Assembly (NCBI RefSeq): GCF_018977255.1
Contig: NW_024704742.1
Span: 132,682,001 to 132,746,000, forward strand
Source of the DNA: Callorhinchus milii
Taxonomy: Eukaryota
Direction of reading: 5' to 3'
Length of the DNA: 64,000 bases
Shown here: one piece after another, positions 26,718 through 40,040 of the stretch
How positions within the stretch are numbered: the stretch's first letter is position 1
Layout: every line of letters begins with the position of its first letter
Notes under the pieces: model-generated
The model's database searches: none
What the model was told of the DNA's origin: nothing
What the model saw: only the letters and a program-made list of their open reading frames with translations
Program-made: the position numbers and the translations under genes

Positions 26718-26946
26718 ATAAAAACAGAAGTCGCTGGGAACACTCAGCAGGTCAGGCAGATCTATGGCGAGAGGAAAGTGAGTTAACGTTTCAGGTCGAT
26801 GACCTTTCGTCAGAACTGGCGAAAGGTCATCGACCTGAAACGTTAACTCACTTTCCTCTCCATAGATGCTGCCTGACCTGCTGAGTGTTCCCAGCGACTT
26901 CTGTTTTTATTTCAGATTTGCAGAATCTGCAGTATTTTGCCTTTTT
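26718..26946. mobile_element. Palindromic non-autonomous Penelope-type element
   Basis: Near-perfect ~92-bp inverted repeat (26718-26809 / 26820-26910) plus tail ttcagatttgcagaatctgcagtattttgc; carries a hammerhead core typical of Penelope-like element termini. Confidence 0.7.
26781..26817 (-). ncRNA. Minimal type I hammerhead ribozyme motif
   Basis: Minus strand reads AGUU-CUGACGA-A-AGGUC-AUC-GACCU-GAAA-CGUU-AACU: core boxes, stem I AGUU/AACU, 5-bp stem II, loopless palindromic stem III (ACGU), GUU cleavage triplet. Confidence 0.65.
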
Positions 26947-29119
26947 GAGTTTAGTCTTGAAGGGGTTGGAATTACGTCGTGAAGGCCAATAGAAACAGAA
27001 TGGGGGAGGCTAACCCTTAGCTCCTTCTCAGTCTCTCGGTGGTAAAGGTGTTCTTTCCGTTACACACTCACTTACAGCTTTAAGTATCGTTGAGCAATTC
27101 GCTGCTTTGAAGCCGCAATTTAAACATTAGTGCAGATGCCTTACATAAAGGCTTGGAGTATCACTGTGGCTCTGCCACTTTAATCTGCCTCTTGGACACC
27201 CACAGACTCCCTCCCTGCATTGCGACGCAGGGGGTTAAGAGGATAAATAAGGTTATGGATTAAACTTGAGGCTGCGTCAATTCAGAAGTGGCTTTTCCAA
27301 ATATCTTCTTCGAAATGATGGGATGGCCGGGGGCTTTCAGGTGCTGGTGGGCAGGGGGCAGGGGGTGGGGGAGGAGTGACACTCTCAGCGCTGACTGTTA
27401 GCTGTGCAAATACATTTCCTTTCTTCTCAAAGCCGCACCACAGACCTGTTAGCAACAGGAAGATTAGTCCCTGGGCCAGTCTGGATCCAGCTGGAGACCC
27501 TCGAACAACTGAGGATTATTTCTACCTTCTTCCGTTCCTGGCTAAACACATTGGCTTAAGTATAGGCTTTAACATAGGCTTAAACTCTTGCAAGGTCCAC
27601 CTGTAGCCACCAGCCTTAATTGCTGCACAATTTCGCCCACAAAATATACAGTCAATTCACTTTACAGTATATTCTGTGAAGCGCTTTGAAGACTGATAAG
27701 GCCCTACATCAAATGCAAGAATTATTGTTATTATTACTGTTTGACACCTAGCTAGGATATGTGAAGCTCTTTGAGATCCCCTCCCGAAGAGAAAGACGCT
27801 GTATAAACGCCAAGTGTAAATTGTACTGTATTGTGTACGTTTTGCAACATCTCCCTGCAATTCATCTCTGCCATGAGCAATGATAATACAGAACAACACC
27901 ACCAAGAACAATTCACCCACAAAAATACAGTCACTGCACTTTACATTATATCCTGTGAAGCGCTTAGGTGTGAAAGGCACTATACCAAAAGCAAGGATTA
28001 TTATTATTATGATGATCAAGTGCTACATCAAATTGGTGTTATTGCACAGAGTAAAGGATATGGGGGGTTGGGGTGGGGGGGAGAGTGATTGCATAAAGAA
28101 TTCTGATGAGTCTGGATGAAAGGCATGGTTTGAATTGAGGGTTTTGACTGCAGTAAAATTACAGGCATACACTGAGAGAAGTCTTGTTAACTTCTGTTTC
28201 ATTGATTAGTTCTGCCTAAGGACAGGCTGCCTATTCACAGGCATGGCATGTAATATTAATAATAATCCTTGTGTTTGATGTAGTAATTTTGTTATTATTG
28301 TTGTAGCACCTTTCATGTCACTTCACAGGATATAATGATTGTATTTTATAGGCGAACAGGTCAGCCAATTTGCTGACAGCAATGACTCACAAGCAGCCAC
28401 AAAGTGAATGACCAATTTTTTATCTGGGGGATTGCTAGCCGAGACGTCAGGCGAAACTCCCTTCTATTTTTGAATTAGCGCCATGGGATCTTTAATGTCT
28501 GCCAAAGCAGGCATAGAGGGCCTCGGGTTTAACATCTGATGCGAAGGACGACGTCGCACATCTGCGGAAACACTATTTCAGTGAGCGTGTCGTAAATGTA
28601 TGAAACAGGCTTCGTAAGGAGATGGTAGAAGCAGAAAGAAAATTAGATAGATTTCTTTTAGGAAATAATATCTCAGGATACAGTACAGATTTTGGGACAT
28701 GACATGTCAAGCGATTTCCAGGGTGATGATTGGATGGACTTTGGTCTTCTTTTGTCTAGCAAATTCTTATGTTCTTAATGTTGCGCCCCCACAGAACTGC
28801 ATTGGAATATCAGCCTAGACGATGAGTTTGAAGTCCCAACGTGGGGTTTGAATCCACGCTCTTCTGACTCATACGCGAGAGTGCTGCTGACTAAGCCAGG
28901 CTGACACCTCCACCTGTGGAGGTGAAAGTATTTTAATGAACACTTTCATCTGCAGGGAGGAGTTAGGTTTAGTGGTTCAGGCATGAGGCCAAATGGTTCC
29001 TTACTCAGTAGAATATCAGAGGTCAAACAGATTGATGCCTATTGCAAGGTCAGATGTCCCTTATCCGCAATCGACTACCAGTTCAAAGAGGCATAACATC
29101 AGCGGCCTTCCCTAGCCTT

Positions 29120-29460
29120 GACAACAACTTGCATTTACATAGCGCCCTTCATGTGGGACAGGGTCTTGGAGAGTAAACAGTGGCGGAGCCTGAGGGCGAG
29201 CTAGGAGGAAGCAAGGAGGTGACTATAAGCACGGTCGAAAAGGCGGGTCTTCAGTCGTGATCTAAAAAGAGGGAAGGAGGGGGCAAGGCGGAGAGATTGG
29301 GGAGAGAGAGTTCCACAGCTTTGGGTTGAAGTGGCTGAAAACTCAGCCGCCAATGGTGGAGCAGAGGTAATGAGGCAAAAGCAGGAGACCAGAGCCAGCA
29401 GAGCCGGAGGCAGCGGTTAGTGGAGTGGGGACATTGCAGCAGGTCAGTGGAAAGCCAACC
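29120..29460 (-). mobile_element. Old L2 3' fragment
   Basis: acaacaacttgcatttacatagcgccc tail; gcacggtcgaaaag, gttccacag, ggctgaa motifs. Confidence 0.65.
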
Positions 29461-29698
29461 AGAGTTGGTCACATTTCTAGGGAAAAATAATCCACAATTT
29501 TGCTTAAAGAGACTGACACATCCAATTCGAAATCTGGCCATATTAGGATCTCCCCCCCACACCCCCAACCTCATGCTATAATAATCCTTGCATTTGATAT
29601 AGCGCCTTATCCACATCGTGAACAACAACAAATTGCATTCACGTAGCACCTTTCATGTTAAGAAACGTGTCAACGCACTTCACAGGATTGTACTGTAA

Positions 29699-30055
29699 AG
29701 TCCCGTAGTGGAGTGGTTAGCGTGCTCACCTCGCAAGCGAGAGGACCCGGGTTCAATTCCCTGGCGAAACCTTAGGTAAGTTTCCTTATTCCACTCACCT
29801 GTTTACCCAGCGGTGAGTAGGAAACCGTTTTTTAGTTGATTGGCCTATTGCTTTCCAGGATTAATAATCCCTTCGGAAAAAAATTGGTCACTCAATCCAT
29901 GACTGTTTGTGGGACACTGCTGTGGCAATTGGCTGCCGCGTTTTGCCCACAAAATATACAGTCAATTCACTTTACAGTATATTCTGTGAAGTACTTTGAG
30001 ACATCTCAATGATGGGATAAAGCGCCATATCAAATGCAAGGATTATTGTTATTAT
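29699..30055 (+). mobile_element. Family-A SINE, long form
   Basis: Same layout as 17282-17653. Confidence 0.85.
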
Positions 30056-30478
30056 AAATAAAAGAATAATCCTGGTGGGAGAGCCAGTGGCTCCTGTTTT
30101 CATTCTGAGTTTTCATTCATCACATGGTCATACAATATCTCATCTTAACTAAAGCGAGCAGTACAGGGAAGGTGTTAGATGCAATGTTCTACTCACTATT
30201 AGTAATTAATATTGACATGATAGTTTGATTCCCCAGTAGAACAGTGCAAGAAGCCTGCACTGTGACATATGGATGTCTGGGAGGGAAGGCAGTATGAGCA
30301 TTCGTTGTAGAGGTCAGAAGTCAGTGGAATCAATGATCATTGAATAGGGAAGCTGTCAAAAGAGCAGTGTTTATGCTGCTGTTGTTATACGTCCGATTAA
30401 ACACAAATAGATACGTAACTGGAGTCACTCAGGTGAATTGAATTCAAGAAACAAGATGTCATTTGCGAGCATTATTAG

Positions 30479-30893
30479 GTGTCAGCCCAGCTCAGTTGGT
30501 AACACTCTCGTCACCTCTGAGTCAGGAGGTTGTGGGTTCAAATCTCGCAAAGGGACCTTCGACTCTGGATTGACACTCCCAAGTGCAGCGCTGGGGGGAG
30601 CATTGCATTGACAGAGGTGCCTTCAGATGAGATTTCAAGCTGAGGTCCCATCTGCCCATTCAGGTGGATGTTAAAGATCTCATGGCCCTACTCAAAAAGA
30701 GAAAGGAGTTTCTCACGGTAACATAGCCCACAATCCTTCAAATAAATTGGTTACCCACTCCATGGCTGTTTGTAGGACATGGCTGTGCACAACGGCTGCC
30801 ATGTTTCGTTCACAAAATACACAGTTATTACACTTTACGACATATGCTGTGAAGCACTTTGAGACATCTCGACGACATGATAAGATGCTATAT
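30479..30893 (+). mobile_element. Family-B SINE (DeuSINE, SacSINE1/AmnSINE1-like), near full length
   Basis: gctcagttggt..ctctgagtcaggaggttgtgggttcaa head; caggtggatgttaaagatctcatggc...ggagtttctc Deu-domain motifs. Confidence 0.82.
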
Positions 30894-30895
30894 GT

Positions 30896-31200
30896 GGAGT
30901 CCTGCAGCTCAGTGGTTAGAGCACTTGCCTTGCAAGCAAGACACCTGGGTTCAATTCCAGGCAGGGCGAAACCTTGGACAAGTTTCCTTACTCCACACGC
31001 CTAATAATAATCCCTCCAAAACAAAACAATAATAAATTGGTCATTTTCAATCCACGACTGTTTGTGGGACACTGCTGTGCGCAATTGGCTGCTGCGTTTC
31101 GCCCACAAATATACGGTTAATTCACTTTACTTCTGTGAAGCGCTTTGAGACGTCAAGAAGACATGAAAAGCGCTATATCAAATGCAAGGATTATTATTAT
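30896..31200 (+). mobile_element. Family-A SINE, short form, inserted into the tail of a family-B SINE
   Basis: B tail gctatat|...|tatatcaactgcaagg is split by the A copy. Confidence 0.88.
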
Positions 31201-31304
31201 TATATCAACTGCAAGGGTTATAGGACTATTAATTTAGAAGCCACTTTCCACAGGTTTTAAAAAGAAACTGGCTTACAAAATAAGGCTCAATTTAAAACAT
31301 TTCC

Positions 31305-31537
31305 ACATTCTGCAACTTGTTAAGATCTGGAATGCACTGCCTGTGATGGAGGAAGCAGATTGAATAATAACTTTCAAAACGGAATTGGATATTTACTTGA
31401 AAAAAGGAAAAATCTGCAAGGCTGTAGGGAAAGAGCAGAAGAGTGGGACTCATTGGATAGCTCTTTCAAAGAGCAGGCACACGCACCATGGGCCGAATGG
31501 CCTCCTTCCGTGCTGCACGATTCTATAATTCTATGAA
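31305..31537 (+). mobile_element. CR1 LINE 3' end
   Basis: tctggaatgcactgcctg...atgggccgaatggcctccttccgtgctg...ttctatgaattct tail. Confidence 0.75.
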
Positions 31538-32546
31538 TTCTGCACCTTCTTAAATTTTCAGATGAAACCATTTTACAGGCCAAGACTAGATGGAATTTAG
31601 GGGCTCCAAAGTGCAATTGCTGTAAAGACTGGCTGAACTAATTGAGGTCAGCAGTCACTGGGGATCATCCACAAATCAAATTTAGAATTAGAATAGGGAT
31701 ACCTTTAATAGAGAAAAACAACGTGTTTTAGTACCTTGACGTGGACAATACAATTCAATATGGGTAACATTTATTCGGCGCCTTTAACATCGGGAGGATG
31801 TCTCATATCGCTTGACACCACCGGGTGGACACCTGAGCGAGGGTGAGAACCAAGGGGAGGTGGGGAGAGGATAGATTACCTATCAAAGTAATAACTTTTT
31901 GAGACGTGCCATGAACGAGAATGGGGGGGAGGTGGTATTGAGTCGGAGTGAATCTGTGATTTCATTCAGAGACCTTAAGTGTCACTTAGCTTTACCCTGT
32001 AAAACCATTTAGAATTAAAAATAAAGATCTCACTGAGGTCTGTGCCTGGGAAAATTCCTAATTCTGATTTTTGGAGCAGCTGGCTTTCCACAGTCATTAA
32101 AATAATAAATTATAATCCTTTCATGTCAGGGAATGCCTCAAAGCGCTTCACAGGATTTATTGTAAAATTAAGTGACTGTAGTTTGTAGGCGAATGCAACA
32201 GCAAATAGTGGCAGTATCCACCCACTATTTGCATAAAGTGTTGCATCGTCAGAGGTATCGTCCTTCGGATGAGACATTAAACTGTGATCCTGTATGTGAC
32301 TGTTCAGGTGACATTAAAGATCCTGTGACACTATTTGAAAAAAGAAGGATGTTTCTCCCAGGGACCTGGCCAACAATCCCCCAGATAAAACTGGTCATTC
32401 ACTTCATGGCTGTTTATGACCTAATTTTGGGTCTTTAAACTAAACAATCCAAATGGACTTGGCATTCTTATATTGCAGCTAGTTTTGGGCACTTCAACAT
32501 CAAGCAAATGTAAAGGACATAGAAAGGCAGCAGAGGAGATTCACTA

Positions 32547-32898
32547 TAATAATAATCTTTGCATTTGATATAGCACCTTATCACGTCTTCCAGACGTCTC
32601 AAAGAGCTTCACAGAATATACTGTAAAGTGAATCGATTGTATACTTTGTGGGCGAAACGCGGCAGCCAATTGTGCACAGCAGTGTCCCTACAAACAGTCG
32701 TGGATTGAGTGACCAAATTATTATTATTATTTTTTTGGGGTATCATTACCCCAGGAAAGTGATCCGCCAATCGACTAACAACCGGTTCCTACTTACTGCT
32801 AGGTAAACAGAGATGAATGGAATAAGGAAAGTTGCCCAACGTAATACCCAGGTCCTCACACTTGAGGCAAGTGCTCTAACTATTGAGCTACAGGACTC
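32547..32898 (-). mobile_element. Family-A SINE, long form
   Basis: Reverse copy with head and tail. Confidence 0.85.
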
Positions 32899-35204
32899 TA
32901 CAGACAGAGAGAAAAACAGAGCTAGAGAGAGAAACAGAGAGACAGAGAGAGAAAAGAGAGAAGACAAAACCCTTAACACTGTGGAAGGTCCTGATCTGGA
33001 ATCCTGTGAATATGAAGAACGATATGAATCTGCTGGCAAGAAAAACAGGTGTGTGAAATAAGGAAACTTGCCCAAGGTTTCTCTGCCTGGGAATTGAACC
33101 CGGGTCCTCTCGCTAGTGAGGCGAGCATGCTAACCACTAGGCTACGTGACTCCCAACAGGATGCCCAGTCACCAGGAGATACCTCCACAGCCTGTTCTCA
33201 AGCCTGTACTCAGTATAACTGCTTTGGGCTGTCAATCATACTCATGCGGGTAGGTACATAATTTGCAGATATGACGTTCATTCGAGTGAATGAATGGCAG
33301 AATGCGTATATAATAAAGGTGAGTTGTTGAAAGGTTATTTTGATAGTAACTATGAATACACCACAAGCAAATCCCATCAGCCTGTTAATTTGACATTTTC
33401 TGTAGCTCAGGTGTTGACAGTAAGTGAAAACAGTAAGTGAAGGTCACGTTTTAGAATATTTGGTTTAACCAGCCAAACATTAGGACCTGCCCTTTAATTG
33501 TTATCAAGCTATAACACTGAGCCAGCGAGAGACAAGGTGCTTCAGGGCACTGACAACATTTTGAATACTTTTCAGACTAGTTTCAACATGTTTCCTAGGG
33601 ATAGCATAATGTTGGTCCACAGTGTATAAAATGCGCTGGAGACAGGGAGGTAACTAGTTTGGTTTTGCCATCAGGTTGGTTATCTTAGTCCATGATTTGC
33701 CAATCTGGCTCACTGTAGCTCAGAACTATCCTCGCAGGTCTCTTTGGGCTGAGTTGGCTCCAGGGTGATGTGCCTGGCAATGGGAAATCAGAATAAAGTT
33801 GCTCTTCTCCAAAGGTCCTAGTTCATTGGGTTCGTGAGCCAGGCTGTTCTGTGGTACTCCAAGGCATGTATTGATGATAGACCATCCAGCCTGGCTCATC
33901 AATTGAACTTGGAGGAGCTGAACAAACAGTGGGAATCTTGCCAGACAGTACTCTCAATGGTAAGCTATGCAGTTTTAGCTGGTTAGACTCCAGCAGCCCC
34001 CCAATTCACATTCTGATGACCCCAAGCCTTGGCTCATGCTGACCTGTGCCTAATAATATCTGGGATTAGACAAGCAGAGGGCATCCCTCTGGGGAGAAAG
34101 CGTGCTCACTTAAAACCACAGAACAGCAACTTGCATTAATATAGGATAAAGTGTCAGAGCACTTCACCAGTCAGTGTCAACGCTCAACAAGGGAGAAAGA
34201 GGAGATTGCCCTCGGTGCGGTTGAAAATGTATTTTTTGGCAGGATTTAAAGACAGATAGATCCCTTCTTTGCTATGGGCAAATTTTAGGAAGATAAGAAT
34301 AATAATAATCCTAATAATAATCCTTGCACTGGATTTCGTACCTGTCACGTCGGGAGGACGTCTCAAAGTGCTTCACGTGATGTTAGTGACTGTGTGTGTT
34401 CCACAAACTTCTGACACAGAGTCGAGAGCGCTACCAACCAATCCAAGCGAACATTCTTACTCCAATGAGCTGCCCCAAAACTGGATGAAACACTTGCTGA
34501 TTGTGCCAATGCTATCGAATTAAACCTTGCCTGTGTTTCTTTTTTCGCCCGGAAACTCTGCAACACTCTCCCTCAATCCCTCCACTGAACACCTTCCTTC
34601 CCCATCTTCAGGTCGTGCCTGAAGACCTTCCACAACTGTGCCTTCAGTCACCTCTCCCTTCCCCCCGACTCAGCATTGTGCTCTGCCACGGGTGCATGCT
34701 CCAGTCAGCCTATTCCCAAAGTCCCCTCTTCCACTCACGTGACTCCGAGTGGCCTCCAACAACAACCCTTCACATATTTCCATAAAGAAATATAAGAGTG
34801 TTGGTTGTAAGGTTGGCTGGCATTTTGCTAGCCGCTCAGTGGGACATTGAAATTCATTGCACCGCGATACACATTCAGCAGGGTGTGAATCCAAAGATAT
34901 TTTGTGCAATGGAAATGCAGTGTTGACAGGCAGACAGGTGCAGGGGAGAACCATTAAATTGCTATTGTGAGGCTTTCGCAACAGCTGTGGCCGAGCAGAT
35001 TGAAGAGTGCGTCAGGGTATAATTTAATTTTGGCCCAATTATTGGTGGTGAAATTCCACCTGGGTCTATATTTATTCTATGCAGCTTTTCACAACGTTCA
35101 GAATTTGGCAAATTGTTGAATTCAGCTTTAACTTTGAAGTCAGTCATCTGTAAGTTCTTAAAAGAAATGTACATAAAAACAGGCATTGTGTGTCACGCAT
35201 TGAG

Positions 35205-35615
35205 TGTTGGCTCAGTTGACAGCACTCTCACCTCTAAGGTGAGAAGGATGCGGGTTCAAGTCCCAGTGTTGGGACATTTCACTCATATGGTCCAAGATGA
35301 CATTCCAGTGCAAAACTGGGGAGCACTGCATTGTTGAAAGTGTCGTCCTTTGGTTGAAACGGTAAACTGAGGCCCCATCTGCCTGTTCAGGTGGAGGTCA
35401 AAAATTCCACCGAAAAGAGAAAGAAGTTTCTCTCAGTATCCTGGTCGGCAATCTCTCAAATCAAATTGATTCATTTCATGGCTGGTTGTGGGACATTGCT
35501 GTGTGCAAAATTGGCTGCCGACTTGGCCTTCAAAATACACAGTTACTACACTTTACAGTGTGAAGCGCTTTGAGACAGACGACTGGTATGAAAGGCGCCA
35601 TAATCAAATGTAAGG
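35205..35615 (+). mobile_element. Family-B DeuSINE
   Basis: Head, Deu domain and tail present. Confidence 0.8.
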
Positions 35616-37299
35616 TTTTTTTTCAAAACTCAGACTATATTTAAGACCCTGCCAAATTCAACTCTCTAAAATGCTACATGAGGAGAGCAAATCCAGACCC
35701 AGTATCTCCTCGAAAGATGCTCAAAGATCATAACATGAATTTCAGAGCATTCTGGGTTGCAGCCAGAAACAAGCTGTTTTGGCCAATAGCTCAGGTCACT
35801 TGTGGTTTGTTTCAGAATCGATGTAGTAAAAATTGCGGCAGTTTTAAAGTGTTCCTTTGTGATGAATGAGGAACATTTGATAGCTACCATTAGGTGGCGC
35901 ACTCTTCTCCAGGCGAGGGGAATCTTTGCCTTCCACATTGCCCGCCATCATTTTATTTGAAACACGCAATTTTTTAAATGTATTTGTAGTTGCTGGGACA
36001 ACTTGTAATTGTTTTTTTCATATATATATATATATATATGTGTGAAATATCTTCTGAGGTTTAATCAGCCAAAGAGGAGTGAAATCTGCAATCTCCTTGG
36101 CCCAGAAATACCTTTTCAATGATCCCGATGCTGCACCCAGGCTTAAATATTTACACCAATGTCTCTTGTAATAATATTAACAATAATAATAGAAGCAATC
36201 TGTAAAGTGCTTTGAGATGTCCTCGCCACTTGAAAGGCGCTATATAAACATAAAACTGTTGTTGCTGTTGTGTGTTAGAATAATATTGCTATTAAGGTAC
36301 TTATTATAAATCTCTGGAATTCCCTGCTGCACTGCTCTTTTCCTTTGCTCAGTATTCAATCTCCACCATGGTGGAGCTAACCGAGACGCAGTGTAAATGC
36401 AAATTGTTGTTTTTGTTATAAAATTAAAATATCTCAAAACACTTAATTGGTAATTGCACTTGAGTGCAGTGACTACATATTTGTAGGCAAACATGGCAGT
36501 CGATTTGCACACAGCAAGACTCCATTAATAGTCTTATAGTGAATGACCAGTTTACCTAGAGAATGATTAACCAGGATCTTTAATGTCCATCTGAACAAAC
36601 AGATGGGACCTTTGTTTCATTGGTTTAATGTCTTATCTGAAAGACAGTATCTCTGACAATGCAATGCTCTCTCACATAAAGCATCATTCTAGACTATGCA
36701 TTCATTTCAAACAGGGGCTTGAACCTGTAATTGCAAATATGCACATTGCAATGTCCCACTAACAGCTGTGTAGTGAATGACCAATTATACTGTGGGATTG
36801 TTGGCCAGTACATTTTTTACTCTTTTTGAGCAGTGTCATGTTATCTTTAACATTCACCTGAACCGGCAGATGGGACCCTTGGCTTAACGTCTCATCCGAA
36901 AGACAGATTGCTGGTCGAAAGAAAGCGATGAACAAGAATAGGACATCACGTAGCGAAAGATATGGAACCTAACTTAATTCTTGAAATTTCCATTTAACTT
37001 CCCTGTAAATTTAAATGGAAATTTACACAACTTGCACTGTCTCGCAGCCAATATACCTCCCTTAACTCCAAATTCACCCTTGTAGGCTCTTATACTGGAA
37101 TTCATGGGAAAATGCATTAATGGCTGTCAATGCTGTGCGTAATGCTCAGTGGAATATGTACTTATGGGTGTACAAGCTTTGACTATGTTTTCTATCTGCT
37201 CTGCTTTTTGAGGTGAGGACTAAGGTGGGACAGTGACCAGAAAGTGTCCAATTCCATTTGACTTTCAACTTTGGATAAAACCCAAACCTCAACTATCCT

Positions 37300-37599
37300 G
37301 GAGTCCTGTATCTCAGTGGTTAGAGCACTCACCTTGCAAGCGAGATACCTGGGTTCAATTCCAGGCAGGGCGAAACCTTGGGCAAGTTTCCTTACTTCAC
37401 ACGCCTAATAATAATCCCTCCAAAAAACAATAATAAATTGGTCATTTTCAATCCACGACTGTTTGTGGGACGCTGCTGTGCGCAACTGGCTGCCGCGTTT
37501 CGCCCACAAATATACAGTCAATTCACTTTACAGTATATTCTGTGAAGCGCTTTGAGACGTGAAAAGCGCTATATCAAATGCAAAGATTATTATTATTAT
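37300..37599 (+). mobile_element. Family-A SINE, short form, with target-site duplication
   Basis: TATCCTG at 37294-37300 and 37597-37603. Confidence 0.9.
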
Positions 37600-38349
37600 C
37601 CTGTTTATTCCCATTATCTGATTCAGGGAAGGATGAAGAAATCAGTGCTAATACACCAATGGCCTTGGCTTTGAATTATATTGAACAGAACATATTTTAA
37701 TTACTTCAGACCAAATCGGCCACTTTCTGCCTGATTTCCAAGTGCGACCAGCATTCGGTTTGTGGCCAGTGGAGGGGTATGATGTTCACCTTAGTTGCTG
37801 GATGTTCTACCACACGTTTAATACAGGGCAGAAGAGGACATCGTAATCCTTTACCATCAACACATTATTCTTTCCTTTTTAATTTACATTTAATGTCAGT
37901 CTGACTCAGTCGGCCACACTATCGTCCCTGAGTCAGATGTTTGTGGGTTCAAGCTCCACGTCAGGACATTGAACTCACTCAGTTTAGGCTGAGGATCCAA
38001 TACAATGTTGGGGGATGTGCTACATTGTCAAGGGTGCTACTTGAAATGAGAAGAGAGTTTCTCCCAGTGTCTTCGCCAACAATCCCCCCATATAAAATTG
38101 ATCACTCGCTTCATGGCTGTTTGTGGGGCATTGCTGTGCACAAATTGGCTGCTGTGCTTGCCTTCAAAATACACAGTCACGCATACCAGTAACTCCAACG
38201 AAGAGCTTTGAGACGTTTCGACAATGTGACTGGGCGCTGGATCAAAGGCAAGGATTATTATTCCCACCTGTACATGTCGCTGTCGAGATTGAAAGTTGGA
38301 AAGTGGGGAAACTACAGTTCATGCCACAAATTCAGTGGCCAAGATAATG

Positions 38350-38698
38350 TAATAATAATAATCTTTGCATTTGATATAGGACCTAATCGCATCATTGACG
38401 TGTCTCAAAGCCCTTCATAGAATGTACTGTAAAGTGGATTGACTGTATTTTGTGGGCGAAACATGGCAGCCAATTACCCCAGAGGTGTCCCACCAGTCAT
38501 AGATTGAGTGACCTAATTCTTTTTTGGAGGGATTATTACCCACGGAAAGCAATCTGCCAATTAACTAATAACTGGTTTCCTACTTTTTGCTGGGTAAACA
38601 GAGGCGTGTGAAGCAAAGAAACTTGCCCCGCCTGGGAATTGAATCCGGGTCCTCTTGCCAGCCAAGCGAGTGCTCTAACCACTGCGTTGCAGCACTCC
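38350..38698 (-). mobile_element. Family-A SINE, long form
   Basis: Reverse copy. Confidence 0.8.
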
Positions 38699-40040
38699 AG
38701 ATAACAATATGGAGAGAACAGTGGAACTGCTCTGTTTTCCCTGAACATTCTCCATCTCGAACCCCAGCCTTTAAAGTGACGGCTACAGCATCAGTTACTG
38801 AGCCGCAAGGGATACCTTAGCAACCACCCAGCCTACCACCCAATGAGCACGCTGAAGGCAGGAGACCTAGTGCCTCAGCCCACGGTGTGTGAGCGAATCA
38901 ATATTCTTAGCAGCTCAATCTGAATTAAGACACAAAACTGATCCTCATTATCCTGTTTTGATATCGACGTCCTAACAGTTCTGGACTTTTGGATCGATCC
39001 CTTCTAATGGAGCTGAGCCTCTGTGACAATTACCAAGTGCCCCACCTCACCTGCTAAAGGTTTTGGAGCGAAGATGCTCGGTTCTATTGGTGTTTTGTTC
39101 CCTTCAAGCATATATTTATTTTTATATATCACTTATAAGTGATATAAGTGATTTTGCTCACAAAATACACAGTCAATCCACTTTACAGTATATCCTGTGA
39201 AGCGCTTAAGATGTCTCAAAGACGTGATAAGGCGCTATATCAAATGCAACTATTATTATGATAACCGTAACACAAACCCAACAATCCCCCCCGAAGTAGG
39301 AGTGGAGACCTGTAGCATATTAGTTAGAGTACTCGCCTCGTAAGCGAGAGGATCTGGGCTTGATTTCCAAGCAGGGCGAAACCTTACGCAAGTTTCCTTA
39401 TCTACACACCTCTGTTTACCTAGGATTAAGTAGAAACCCAGTTGTTAGTCGATTGTCATATAACTTTCCGGGGGTAATAAGCCCTCAAAAAAAATATTAT
39501 CACTCAATCCACAATTTAAGTTTTGGGTTCTGCGTTTTACTCACAAAATACAGTCAAATCGCTTTACAGCATATTCTGTGGAGCAGTTTGAGACGTCGCA
39601 ATAACGTGATAAGGCACTATAAAATATATATTGGTTTCGCCCACAAATGTATGGTCAATTCACTTTACAGTCTATTCTGCTTTGAGACATCGGGAAGACA
39701 TGAAAAGAGCTATATCAAATGCAAGGATTATTATTATTATATTGAATCCAAGGATTATTATTATTTATCTTTATATATTGCCCAAATAAAATTGGCCATT
39801 CATTTCACGGCAGTTTGTGCGTCGTTGCTCTATGCAAATTGGCTGCCGCATTCGCTTAAAAAGTCTAGTTACTACACTTCACAGTAAAATTCTGTGAAGC
39901 ACATCTTGACTACGTGGTGAGGTGCGGTATCAAATGCAAGGATAAAATTTTTATAAATACAAACACAGTCACTACACTTCACAGTCAAAAAAAATCATAC
40001 GAGGTGTCATGCCGAGATGACAAGGGGCTATATCAAAGAT

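Noticed and set aside
30896..30970. tRNA gene-like sequences (many copies)
   Set aside because: SINE heads: no complete acceptor stem or terminator, and they continue into SINE bodies.
33490..33850. Possible solo LTR (TATAAAA ~33625, AATAAA ~33792)
   Set aside because: No definable TG...CA ends, TSD or second copy.
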